Virus record (IMG/VR): IMGVR_UViG_3300044701_000569 | Location: 1-64,000 of that record | Direction: 5' to 3' (one strand) | Length of the DNA stretch: 64,000 bases | Part shown: positions 54,722-64,000 of the stretch, in pieces | Layout: the number at the start of each line of letters is the position of its first letter | Position numbering within the stretch: the first letter of the stretch is position 1 | Notes under the pieces: model-generated | The model's database searches: none | Seen by the model: only the letters and a program-made list of their open reading frames with translations | Told to the model about the DNA's origin: nothing | Program-made: the position numbers and the translations under genes

Positions 54722-56494
54722 TTATCTTAAACCCGCTAGCTCACGCATACGATCAAACTCTAAATCCATTTCCATCTGTTGCGGTTGTGATCTCATCTGG
54801 AACTGTTCAAAAGTTTGGTTAACTCTTTCTATAAAGGCCTTTGCGGGTTCTATGAACTGCTCGCCGTAGTCCTTTTCAACCATGGTTAGAACTGCTGTTT
54901 CGCCTTTTGGAAACTGCCCTGTGTCTTTGTCATAATGAGACAGGATAAATTCGCCTATCGGTGTTTTCTTATTTGCTTGTCCCATTGCCTTTTTAATCGC
55001 AATGTCTTTGGCTTTCATATAGTCGTCTGAGTCGATGTCGCCATCGTCGTCGTGGTCTTTGCCTTTTGTTTCTCTTGTATCAGCATCGCTGTTGCCATAA
55101 TCGGCTTCAATTTGATCCATCATACGATCTTGTATTTCTTCAAAGTCGTCGTCTGGATGCAGACGTTGATCTATAGATATTTCATTATACATATCTTGTA
55201 GAACTTTTTCTGCTTCTTTACCAAATTTACCATTTAGTCCGCTGTCGATCATGTCATAGCCGTTATCACCGGCTGCTGCAATTTTTGCTAGAATGTCTTC
55301 TGCTGCAGAATTAAATCCTTCAGCAAACTGACCCATTAATCTTTCAATGCCTTGTTCTAGTTCAATTTCTTCTGGTACACAGTTAGGAACTTCCTTGCCG
55401 CCTTTTTTCTTATGGCCAACCATCTTATAACCCTTCCAACAAGGATCGTCTGCGCCGCCTTTCATTTTGCCTGCTTCGTCAACAAGGTCTTCTGGACCTA
55501 ATTCTTTTGCTTTTGTAACTTCACTCACTAGTCTATAGATATATGGAAATACGTCTTTTAATTCTTCATTAAATTGTCTAATAGTTAATTGGTCGATCCA
55601 ATTTTCTGCAATGTCGTCTGGCACTTCAAGTTCGGCTGGGGCTTCAAATGATTCAAACGCCTCTGTGTAATATGTTTTACGCTGTAGGCCTTCAATTGCC
55701 TTTTTAACTGTTGTAATTCGTTCGTATACAGCATCCATATAGCCTGCTAGACTTTCTGCCATAACTGCTGAACGTCCCATGTAATTCTTAAACTTGCGCA
55801 GCTTGCTGAGCTCTTCTGATAAGCCTACTATATGCTTGCCAAAGTCATCAAATGGTTTACCGCCTTCGCTTACATGTCGAGCCATTGCTCTAGCACCGCT
55901 TAGATGCTTGTATGGATACTTAAATCTCTCACCCTCGGCACTTTCAATATAAATGATGCCGATATTTTGTGTGCGGCCTGCTGCTAGTTCGTGATTAACA
56001 TTTTCAGTATGCTTGATAACAATTCTTGCGTTATCTACATTTTGGTAACTAACACGGCTTGTACCATATAATTTTGACTCGGTCATAGTTCCTTCTCCGG
56101 GGCGATTTGCGGCTAAAAATTTGTAGTCTCTTTTATCTAAATTAGACTTATTAATATCTCTAATATCAAAGTTTAGTCTACGCTTCTTGCCAAACACTCT
56201 TAATTCTTTTAAAAAGTTAAACCAGCTAGTTTGCGTTATTTGATCTTCATTTGATATAAAATCTTTAGAGTAAATTACTGTTAATGATTTCTTTTCAGGA
56301 TTACTCGGATCTTCAGAAATGTTAACACTTACTTTCCCTAAAGGGCGTTCGTTGTCTGTATATTCAAAATCAAAAAAACGAGCCTCTGTAGGAACGTCTG
56401 TTACGTTACCCTCAGCATCACCTATGGTTACGTTAGAAAAACGTCCCCTAATTTTATTGAAAAGATCTTCAGCAATTTTATCTAAATTCTGCAT
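54722..56494 (-). CDS. Large probable head/prohead-associated protein
   Basis: Late TAAATA promoter; CWKGYKMVG.KKKGGKEVPNCVP insert; DHDDDGDIDSDD; C-terminal RMRELAGL. Confidence 0.6.
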   Translation of the reverse strand: MQNLDKIAEDLFNKIRGRFSNVTIGDAEGNVTDVPTEARFFDFEYTDNERPLGKVSVNISEDPSNPEKKSLTVIYSKDFISNEDQITQTSWFNFLKELRVFGKKRRLNFDIRDINKSNLDKRDYKFLAANRPGEGTMTESKLYGTSRVSYQNVDNARIVIKHTENVNHELAAGRTQNIGIIYIESAEGERFKYPYKHLSGARAMARHVSEGGKPFDDFGKHIVGLSEELSKLRKFKNYMGRSAVMAESLAGYMDAVYERITTVKKAIEGLQRKTYYTEAFESFEAPAELEVPDDIAENWIDQLTIRQFNEELKDVFPYIYRLVSEVTKAKELGPEDLVDEAGKMKGGADDPCWKGYKMVGHKKKGGKEVPNCVPEEIELEQGIERLMGQFAEGFNSAAEDILAKIAAAGDNGYDMIDSGLNGKFGKEAEKVLQDMYNEISIDQRLHPDDDFEEIQDRMMDQIEADYGNSDADTRETKGKDHDDDGDIDSDDYMKAKDIAIKKAMGQANKKTPIGEFILSHYDKDTGQFPKGETAVLTMVEKDYGEQFIEPAKAFIERVNQTFEQFQMRSQPQQMEMDLEFDRMRELAGLR

Positions 56495-56506
56495 GTTGTA
56501 TTTATG

Positions 56507-58087
56507 TCAATAGTTAGTACTTACGAAAATTGGCATGGGTGCTACATAATCCATGTCTACATCAGCTTGATTAAATGTATTGTAGATTCTGGGATCCCAA
56601 TCTTTTAGCACATCCATCATTCTAATAGCCAGCAGTACAGCTGATATTAGATCGTCTGTGGCTCCTAGTTTTGCTTGATATGTAGATCCTGCTGCAACGA
56701 ATGTCTTTAGCTCGCTAATCAAAGGTCTGCTATTAACAGCCATTTTATCATTTTCTACCATAGTTTTTAATCGACTGCAGGCAGTTATTTTTGCAGAGTG
56801 AGTAGTATTAAATCCCTTACGGAACTTGCGAACGTGTCCTTTGCGTATAGGTTCTGATACAAACAGTCCTGGTATATTTTCTTCACCAAAATCGTTAATA
56901 ACAATAAGAGCTGCTTCACCTATACCGTTGTTTTCCACACTCCAATAAACGCCGTTAGTTGATTTAGTTTCTTCTACAATGTAAGAACAGATGTCTTTTA
57001 ATACTCGTATTTGCCCAGGTATAGCTGTATTGTTATGTTGCCATTCTGCTACCTGTTCGTAGGTAGGCAATTCTATTACTTGTATAGCAGCATAGTTGCC
57101 ACCTGTACCCATACTAGGATCTAGTGCTACTGCATAGGTGTATTGACTTGATGGTTTTTTATACCAGCGTGTTTGCCCCATATTGATCAATGGAGTTTTA
57201 CCCTCCATACCAGACAACTTAATGCTGTTAATCAATGTTTCGTCAAATACTAAGAATTCGCAACCATATTCACGACGGAAACGTTCTTCACCGATACGTC
57301 CAATTTCTTCATCACGCCACTTGTCGTCTCTATCGGGGTGTTCACTCCAGTGAGCAGTAAATGAGAAGAATCCGTTGATGCCTAGTTGTTGTTCGTTGCC
57401 GTGTTCATCAAATTTCTTTTCAGCGTCTTTCCAAATCTGTGCAAATGTGTCTTCGTCTGAGTTAGGTGTGCTTGTAATAATAGCACGACCACCAGTTGCT
57501 AGTGTTGGGGATATTGAAGTCCAAAATTCTTCTGCAATGTTAGGAGCAACGAACGCAAACTCGTCGCAGTATAGTAATGATATAGACATACCACGACCAG
57601 TGTTACCCGTAGTAGTGGCACTTACTATACGACTACCATTTTCAAATTCTATACTACCCTTGTTGTAGTTGATAACACCTGCTCTAATATGATCAGGACA
57701 GCATTCGTACACATAACGAATACGCTGCATAATTTCCTGAGCACCTGTATACTTGTGTGCTGCAATAAGAATTGTTTGATCAGGGTGAAACATTGCATAC
57801 CAAGCTAGATAAACTGCGGCACAGGTCGTCTTACCTGTCTGTCGAGGCAGCATGTTTATATTAAAACGAAAATTATGATAACTTTCTAGTAATCTTTCTT
57901 GATAGTCAAAAGGGTCAAATAACAGCTTGCCTTTTACAGGATGCTGAATGTATGCAAAGTGTTTTGCAAAATAAAGATAGCCCGTGTTGGGATCCATGCA
58001 CTGTAGCAGGTCCTGAATTTGAGCTTCTGTGTAAGTATCTTTGGTATTAGCTTTTTTAGTTAATACGCCATCTAAACTTTTTGCCAT
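56507..58087 (-). CDS. terL: Terminase large subunit (T4 gp17-like)
   Basis: PRQTGKT, LYCDEFAF, TSTPN, REYGCEF, nuclease LDPS.G...DDL. Confidence 0.95.
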   Translation of the reverse strand: MAKSLDGVLTKKANTKDTYTEAQIQDLLQCMDPNTGYLYFAKHFAYIQHPVKGKLLFDPFDYQERLLESYHNFRFNINMLPRQTGKTTCAAVYLAWYAMFHPDQTILIAAHKYTGAQEIMQRIRYVYECCPDHIRAGVINYNKGSIEFENGSRIVSATTTGNTGRGMSISLLYCDEFAFVAPNIAEEFWTSISPTLATGGRAIITSTPNSDEDTFAQIWKDAEKKFDEHGNEQQLGINGFFSFTAHWSEHPDRDDKWRDEEIGRIGEERFRREYGCEFLVFDETLINSIKLSGMEGKTPLINMGQTRWYKKPSSQYTYAVALDPSMGTGGNYAAIQVIELPTYEQVAEWQHNNTAIPGQIRVLKDICSYIVEETKSTNGVYWSVENNGIGEAALIVINDFGEENIPGLFVSEPIRKGHVRKFRKGFNTTHSAKITACSRLKTMVENDKMAVNSRPLISELKTFVAAGSTYQAKLGATDDLISAVLLAIRMMDVLKDWDPRIYNTFNQADVDMDYVAPMPIFVSTNY

Positions 58088-58101
58088 ACTATTATTTACT
58101 C

Positions 58102-58129
58102 AAAAAAATAGGGCCTTGCGGCCCTATTT
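58102..58129 (-). terminator. Intrinsic terminator
   Basis: AAATAGGGCC-TTGC-GGCCCTATTT with A-run on the left. Confidence 0.8.
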
Positions 58130-58147
58130 GGCATAACTTTGCTATGC

Positions 58148-59020
58148 TTACTTGTTATCTTTCTTTTGCAGTTTCTTAGTTGCTTTTTCAATACCTTTTT
58201 CTCTTGAAGGCTTAACTTCATGAGGTTCTAGTTTAGCAACTTTAGTAGCATAAGAGCCTAGTGTCTTTGATGAAAGCTCGTCAACTCTTTCTTCTTTAAC
58301 AGGTCCTTTTTTCTTCTTATCAGCAACTGCCTTTTTCATTGGTTCTTTCTTGTTGCCGTCTTTGTCCATGTCTAAGAAATCAGGCTTAGACTTCTTTTCA
58401 GCTAGTGCTTGCATTAAACGTTGTTTGATAGTTTCAACTGCCATTGCATTGTCACCATCCTGTGCTTTTTTGTACATCTTCTTTTCACGGTTAATGCCGC
58501 CGCTTAGATCCTTTAACATAGTATTATGATCTGCGTACTGAGGATCACCTTCTACGCCGTCTGGTGAATTATTCCATTCTTCAATGTCACCCGATATTGA
58601 ACTGTCTTTAACTCTAATATCCGATGGATGCTTTTCGTGATGTAGGTCGTCGCCGCCTGATAACATTTCGTCAGCGTCCATATAAGCTTCGTCTGGACGA
58701 TTGTCAGCACCCTCTCCAGGAATCATTGGCTCGTCAACAATATCACGAAACTTTTCTATATCCATACGCATTGGCATCATTGCAGGTGCTACAGGCTGCG
58801 CATCTTGTAAGCCTGCATTTTTCATCATAGAAATAAGATCTGCAACATGATCTTTACCACTAGCATTTAGCGTAATACTCATTGTTACAGGATTTCCCAT
58901 AGGTTCGTTTGCTGGGGGCATACCCATGCCACACTCTGCTACGGCTGATTCATTCAACTTCTTGACTGACTTACCGTTTTCGATATCAGTCATACGCTGA
59001 ATCATATCTTTCATATTCAT
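58148..59020 (-). CDS. Probable head internal/scaffold-type protein
   Basis: Low-complexity charged; PDFLDMDKDGN, VDELS..TL.SY. Confidence 0.55.
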   Translation of the reverse strand: MNMKDMIQRMTDIENGKSVKKLNESAVAECGMGMPPANEPMGNPVTMSITLNASGKDHVADLISMMKNAGLQDAQPVAPAMMPMRMDIEKFRDIVDEPMIPGEGADNRPDEAYMDADEMLSGGDDLHHEKHPSDIRVKDSSISGDIEEWNNSPDGVEGDPQYADHNTMLKDLSGGINREKKMYKKAQDGDNAMAVETIKQRLMQALAEKKSKPDFLDMDKDGNKKEPMKKAVADKKKKGPVKEERVDELSSKTLGSYATKVAKLEPHEVKPSREKGIEKATKKLQKKDNK

Positions 59021-59021
59021 A

Positions 59022-59516
59022 TTATTTCTCCTGTGTAGAATCAGCACGTTCTTTGCGAGCCTTTTCTAGTTCCTTTAGTAAATCCATTACACGATTTTCG
59101 CCTACTTTGTCTTGAGCACTTTCGCCGCCCATGTCTTCTTTAGTTAGAATTGGTTCGTAGACGCCATCTTCTTTTGTATTTTGATATAGCTCTTGAGGTT
59201 CATTGGGATTACGAACAATAACGTGACTTTGCGGAACAGCGCAACATTTTCCTACATATTCCTGCATTACCTGAACAGTAGTTGGATAATTTACTTCAAC
59301 TTCAAAGTAAGTTACTTCTGTATTTTGTAACTGCGGAAAATCAAGCGGACGTTCTTGTATTGGTGTTTTTTTGCCCTTTGTCATCTTTACTACTTCGTAT
59401 TTTTGAAGTGCAGTTTCAAGATGATCTGCAAATCCTTCTGGTAAAGGACCTGCAACTCCTATCTTAAAAGGATAGACTTTTTTGGATTCTTGTAAAACTT
59501 CTATAAACGATCTCAT
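59022..59516 (-). CDS. Hypothetical structural-region protein
   Basis: TPIQE.PLDFP motif; late promoter. Confidence 0.65.
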   Translation of the reverse strand: MRSFIEVLQESKKVYPFKIGVAGPLPEGFADHLETALQKYEVVKMTKGKKTPIQERPLDFPQLQNTEVTYFEVEVNYPTTVQVMQEYVGKCCAVPQSHVIVRNPNEPQELYQNTKEDGVYEPILTKEDMGGESAQDKVGENRVMDLLKELEKARKERADSTQEK

Positions 59517-59542
59517 TGCGCAATGATCCTATATCTTATGTA

Positions 59543-60046
59543 TTATTTATCTTTGTTCATGCCTTTAAGGCGCTCAATTAAACTGTTACGATCAGTAACT
59601 ACATAGCCTTCGCCGTTAATAATACCGCTAGGACTATCATTATCTTCTTTGTCTAGTTTTTCTTTCTTAAGCTGTAGCTCTACCATTTTGAGTTTTTTGT
59701 CTAGTTTAGCAACTTTAGCATCTAGGCTAGTTTTCAGCATATTTCCTGCAACTTCAAACACACGACCTGCATAGCGACCCTCAACGTTCATACCTAGATC
59801 CATTAAGTCTTCATAGGCCTGCATAGCTTTATTAGCCACTTCATTTAGTTCAGTATCTGCTAGTTCTCCTAGACCCTTAACCTGTGGTAGTGCAGCAGAA
59901 ATTTTATCAAACTCTGCTATGTCACGAAATGTTTTTTCTTGTTCTTCTACTTCGTAACGCTTTTGCTCTTTTTCCTGTTTCTCAGCTTTTTTAATAATTT
60001 CTTTGCTGTCAGGCAAATTGAGCAAATCTTCTAATTTTTTAGTCAT
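59543..60046 (-). CDS. Possible terminase small subunit
   Basis: Coiled-coil, R.FEVA..ML, C-terminal DRNSL; near terL. Confidence 0.45.
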   Translation of the reverse strand: MTKKLEDLLNLPDSKEIIKKAEKQEKEQKRYEVEEQEKTFRDIAEFDKISAALPQVKGLGELADTELNEVANKAMQAYEDLMDLGMNVEGRYAGRVFEVAGNMLKTSLDAKVAKLDKKLKMVELQLKKEKLDKEDNDSPSGIINGEGYVVTDRNSLIERLKGMNKDK

Positions 60047-60075
60047 AGTTGCTTTCCATTAACTGCTACTATTAT

Positions 60076-60513
60076 TTATCGTTTTCTACCAGTATGGAAT
60101 ATATCATGTTCACTAACTACTCTAAAAATTATACCCTGTTGCTTGCACCAAGCCCGAGCAGCTTCCCATTTGGCTTGATTTACTATCCAGCTGGCTTGAT
60201 TATGTCTACTGCGTCCTAATTTTTCTTTTATAGTTTGATTTTCAGGTTTTACTTCTATAATTTCAACACGTTTTTGGCCGTTTTTATCTGCATATGAAAT
60301 AAAAAAATCTGGAACGTAAATTGTATGTTTACCGGTTAGCGGATTTCTATAAGGTATTTTTACAGCTTCGCTAGCCCAATTTGTTATAGCAGGATGTTCA
60401 TCACAGAACCGCATAAAAGCGAATTCCCATCCCGATCGATATGTAGGAGTTCTATTTCCTATATATTTTTGAGGATTTTTTAAATTGTATTTTCCCTGGG
60501 CAAAATGAGGCAT
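60076..60513 (-). CDS. Head completion nuclease (T4 gp4-like, TnsA-type)
   Basis: NPQKY.G, YRS.WE, W.SE, Y.PDF, IEVKP, N.AKWEAA. Confidence 0.85.
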   Translation of the reverse strand: MPHFAQGKYNLKNPQKYIGNRTPTYRSGWEFAFMRFCDEHPAITNWASEAVKIPYRNPLTGKHTIYVPDFFISYADKNGQKRVEIIEVKPENQTIKEKLGRSRHNQASWIVNQAKWEAARAWCKQQGIIFRVVSEHDIFHTGRKR

Positions 60514-60514
60514 C

Positions 60515-60886
60515 TTAAACTATAATATTACGTTGTTCAGTTAGATCCGGAACTGTAATTCTATAGCCTATAGTGCTGCATGACGACCTATTTAAATTTA
60601 ATATCTGTGCGATAACATTACTAAGTTGAACATCATTAATACCTTTAAGAGTATCTAAAAGTTCAAAGGCAGGTATTTTATCAACACCGGCTTGCTGTAG
60701 AATTAGTGCAGCAGTGTTTACGGCTGCAACTTCGTCAAATCCTCTTTTTTGAAAATAGCCAACAACTGCATCTACTTCTGACGGTGTATAATAAATTTCT
60801 TGATTATAATATCTATTCAGAAGTTTGTTTGTATTATTAGCTCTATCAGTTTTTTTTTCGTTAGGTAATGATGAGGTAGTTACCAT
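60515..60886 (-). CDS. Hypothetical structural-region protein
   Basis: ORF track. Confidence 0.65.
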   Translation of the reverse strand: MVTTSSLPNEKKTDRANNTNKLLNRYYNQEIYYTPSEVDAVVGYFQKRGFDEVAAVNTAALILQQAGVDKIPAFELLDTLKGINDVQLSNVIAQILNLNRSSCSTIGYRITVPDLTEQRNIIV

Positions 60887-60889
60887 ATG

Positions 60890-62179
60890 TTATCCTTTGT
60901 TAGCTGCAATAGCTTCAGATGCAATTTGTCCAATTTTTCTATCGCCAGATGCTGCTCTATTAATTATGTCAGTTTCTATTGCGGTCTGTTGTTCTCTTGG
61001 TAGATTTTTAAAGTTACCAAAATTTCTACTATTCCAGTCAGGTCCATATGCACCTGTGGCTAGAGTTTTTGTTACAGTAGCATCTAAAGCTCTACGATTG
61101 GTAGAAAGTCCGCTGCGTATACTATCACCGCTAAGAGTCCTAGTTTGTGATATTGAAACTGGTCTACCTGTGCCGTCTTGCGTTCTCTGTGTGCCGCCTC
61201 TAGCTGTAGGAAATATGATTTGTCCTAGTCTATTTAATTGTCTGCCTTCTCTGCTGGTATTAAGAATAGATGATAGAATTCCTCTTGGATCTTTTCTACC
61301 ACTAGATATATTTCTAAAAATAGAACCAATCGTGTTAAGTCCAGTATTATCGTACTTGTCAAACTGAGGAATAACTACAGGCTCTATCTGTCTACCTACT
61401 CCAGCAGTCTCTACTCCGCTAAATGGTGTTAAATCTCTTAGAGGACTGTGTACTTGATCGTATCTTGTTTCAACATCAGTAAATCCTTTAGGTTCATCGC
61501 CTCTTCTTAGGTCACCTGTATTATACAATACAGATTCATAGGCAACAGTCATAGAATTTTCCATAGTATTATTACCATCACTATACTGCATGTCATCGTG
61601 GCCCCATGCTGTAAGAATAGGATTTACTAATGTATAAGAAAACCATTTCTTTCTAGATAGTTGATAGATTCGTATATAAGAAAAATATGGACCGTTTGTG
61701 CCATTGTCTAAACCGTATCTAGGAACTTGACTAGTGTATTTGTCTCTTGCACCAAAGTCTAAAGGACTACCTCTGCTATTTTTATGCGGATCTTTAGTAT
61801 AGTACTTGTAATATTCTTCAAGCATTGATCTAGTAAGACCTGTATTATCGTCATGTAGTTTTATATTAATTTCTTCGTAGTCAACACGAGTCTGTACACG
61901 TTTTTTTCTGTTGTATTGATTTACAGTTTCTACTGCGGCTCTAAACTTTGGTAGATCAACACTCTTTACAAGCACACCTAATTCTTTTCTATAGGTGCTG
62001 CTGTTTATTATTTTATCTAATGGAGCTGAATATTCAAATACTACATGGTATAAAAATTTAGTTTTAGGACCAAGTGCATGGCCGTGTTCAGTGTATAACT
62101 GCATAGCGTGTCTTGCATCTCTTAGATGCAGATCGCTTTGAGTATTAATTAAATAGAGGTCTTGTGTGTTTAGTCCCAT
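60890..62179 (-). CDS. Tail tube-like/baseplate-tube initiator protein
   Basis: VKSVDLP, NQYNRK, I..HDD, L.NP....W.HD, ..YE pattern of the gp19/gp54 fold. Confidence 0.6.
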   Translation of the reverse strand: MGLNTQDLYLINTQSDLHLRDARHAMQLYTEHGHALGPKTKFLYHVVFEYSAPLDKIINSSTYRKELGVLVKSVDLPKFRAAVETVNQYNRKKRVQTRVDYEEINIKLHDDNTGLTRSMLEEYYKYYTKDPHKNSRGSPLDFGARDKYTSQVPRYGLDNGTNGPYFSYIRIYQLSRKKWFSYTLVNPILTAWGHDDMQYSDGNNTMENSMTVAYESVLYNTGDLRRGDEPKGFTDVETRYDQVHSPLRDLTPFSGVETAGVGRQIEPVVIPQFDKYDNTGLNTIGSIFRNISSGRKDPRGILSSILNTSREGRQLNRLGQIIFPTARGGTQRTQDGTGRPVSISQTRTLSGDSIRSGLSTNRRALDATVTKTLATGAYGPDWNSRNFGNFKNLPREQQTAIETDIINRAASGDRKIGQIASEAIAANKG

Positions 62180-62278
62180 ACAAATATTTATCCAACGACA
62201 AAAAGTGGGTAGATAATAAAAAAGCGAGAACTAAAATAGTCCTCGCTTCTTAACCGAATGCCAATAGTTAGTAGTTTA

Positions 62279-62950
62279 TTAGATACTACCTGCGTTAGTA
62301 CCACCAGTGATCTGTGTACCACCATCAGCGTCTTGTGTAGCTCTTGTAGTAATTTCGCCTACGCCAACTGTATCAGCACCTTCAGCACCATACTGTATTG
62401 CGTTATCGTAACGAATTGATAGTGTTATTGTTACTGGATCGTTAGTTGCGTATGCTAAGGTATTGTAGTTTACGCTTTCTAGGTAGCAACCAACTAAGTG
62501 GAATCTATCTAGAACTGCTGCGCCGCCTGCATTACCGTTACCACCGTCTAGTATTTCAATGCGTAATTGGAACTTGTATGTACCACCTGCAACTGCGCTT
62601 GACTGTTCAAAGAAATCAAACTGTCTCTGTAGCTGCTGACCAACAATCTTTTGAACGTTATTGTTAGCATCTTCACGTAGTGTAAGTGTAATTGGTTCCC
62701 ATGTATGCTTACCAGCTAGATATGATCTGCTGTTATAAGCATCAATAGTAATCTGTTCAAATGTTAGGTTTGGACGAGTTACGTCTACTACCTGTCTTGA
62801 AATTTCTCTGACCCCGTCCGGGCCACCTGTTGTACCAAATCCGTCCAATAGCACTCTAAAGCGATATTGTAGCTTTGGCATTAAAAGCGAACTGTTAGAA
62901 CCTGATCCTGAAGTTGGGATCGAAATGTTCTGAAGTGTTGTTATTGGCAT
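62279..62950 (-). CDS. Tail tube protein (T4 gp19-like)
   Basis: YRFRV, RP...F, AGKHTW..IT.T.R.D, L.GC, IRYDNA; downstream of sheath. Confidence 0.8.
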   Translation of the reverse strand: MPITTLQNISIPTSGSGSNSSLLMPKLQYRFRVLLDGFGTTGGPDGVREISRQVVDVTRPNLTFEQITIDAYNSRSYLAGKHTWEPITLTLREDANNNVQKIVGQQLQRQFDFFEQSSAVAGGTYKFQLRIEILDGGNGNAGGAAVLDRFHLVGCYLESVNYNTLAYATNDPVTITLSIRYDNAIQYGAEGADTVGVGEITTRATQDADGGTQITGGTNAGSI

Positions 62951-63016
62951 TCTGTAATCTCCTAATACATGTGTATTTATCTATAATGGCCCCCCATTTC
63001 TGAGGGGCCTTTTATA

Positions 63017-64000
63017 TTAGCCTAGTGCTGCAATTTCACCTGTGTTCTTAATTCTCAATGGAATGTAAATGAACTCAACTGCCTTGACTGGTTCAATAGC
63101 TATATCTAGATATAGCTCATTACGGTCAATTCTGCTTGGTGTATTGTTAGACTCATCACATACTACTAGATAATCATACAATGCACGTAAGCTCACAAGT
63201 TCTAGGCAGAATGCGTCAGCTGCTGCTTTGATTTGATCGCGTGTGATCTTGTCATTTGGTTCAAACAAGTATGGTCTTGCTAGTTTTTCTAGCTGCCCAC
63301 GCATGTAAACAATTAGACGTGCTACGTTTACACGGTCTAGAGCACTTGCATTTCTTGCACGAGTCTTCTGACCAAATACAACTAAGCCTGCACCACTTAA
63401 GAAAGTGATTGGATTAATTGAGTTGCTGTATAGTGTATCACGCTGTCCTGTGTTTAGAGCAATTGAAACAAACTCGCCTTCTGAGTTGATATAACCAGAA
63501 GCGGTTGCGTTTGTAACTCCACCACGACGTGTGCCTGCTGGAGCGAACCAGGGGAATGCTACTTGATCGTTTAGAATGATTGTACGTAGTGCCATATGGC
63601 TTGGAGGAACAACTACGTTGTTTCCTGCGTTATCGCTAGTAAAGCCCCATGGATAGTACATAGCCATGTATTCATCGAAGCTTACTGCACCATCATCGTT
63701 GTCTTCAACTGCACGACGAACGTTTGCACCCCACTCATTTAGACTTGTAGCGTCTGGTGTTAGTCTTGCTGGTGTATCACCTACTACGAACGCTGTTAAT
63801 CTACGATCGTAATTTAGAGTAATCATTTCACCAATCAGTTCAGAATAACCTGGGCAGGCAATTAAGTTAAAGAAGCGTGATTCTTCGTCACGAATATCTT
63901 GATTGCTGTTTACAAGTGCTTGTAGTGCCTGTACAACACTCTTGCGCTGTGCATGACGACCAAATGTTCCTGCACCGTCTTCTCTGTTACCAGAGTCAGT
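63017..64000 (-). CDS. Tail sheath protein (T4 gp18-like), C-terminal part
   Basis: PWFAPAG..RG, INPI, GQKT, ALDRVNVARL, FEPND..TR, VCDESNN, P.KAVEFIYI. Confidence 0.92.
   Translation of the reverse strand, partial: TDSGNREDGAGTFGRHAQRKSVVQALQALVNSNQDIRDEESRFFNLIACPGYSELIGEMITLNYDRRLTAFVVGDTPARLTPDATSLNEWGANVRRAVEDNDDGAVSFDEYMAMYYPWGFTSDNAGNNVVVPPSHMALRTIILNDQVAFPWFAPAGTRRGGVTNATASGYINSEGEFVSIALNTGQRDTLYSNSINPITFLSGAGLVVFGQKTRARNASALDRVNVARLIVYMRGQLEKLARPYLFEPNDKITRDQIKAAADAFCLELVSLRALYDYLVVCDESNNTPSRIDRNELYLDIAIEPVKAVEFIYIPLRIKNTGEIAALG

Noticed and set aside
31901-58087. Introns, inteins or stop-codon reassignment in core genes
   Set aside because: Helicase, UvsW, UvsX and terminase are uninterrupted and of normal length in the standard code; no suppressor tRNA seen.

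Overview
A 64 kb segment of a large T4-like (myovirus-type) dsDNA phage genome, probably infecting an Alphaproteobacterium (inferred from the Shemin-pathway ALA synthase hemA). The right half holds core genes: gp41-like helicase, gp61-like primase, a miniature DnaE-like protein, UvsW/UvsY/UvsX, gp32 SSB, large terminase, head completion, tail tube and tail sheath. It also holds a Kdo/glycosylation block (kdsA, kdsB, three KpsS/KpsC-like proteins, several glycosyltransferases) and peptide deformylase. Seven 2OG-Fe(II) oxygenase-like genes lie at 2.5-7.2 kb and 26-29 kb. The most unusual part is a GC-richer island at about 11.4-23.8 kb. It opens with a DnaA-box cluster plus IHF sites and then contains 22 near-consensus sigma70 promoters, each driving one to three mostly small genes. 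Nineteen of the 22 leaders carry an AGGG(C/T) motif, often twice. Inside the island, the 3' end of an AAA+ ATPase gene (19743-19906) folds into four consecutive hairpins whose loops all display GCCCU(C), the reverse complement of that leader motif. This is a candidate multivalent antisense RNA controlling the whole early regulon and is the best candidate for an undescribed system here. The island also carries a 10-copy operator-like palindrome, self-complementary promoter spacers and three tRNAs for AT-rich codons. All product calls come from motif recognition by eye; no database searches were run.
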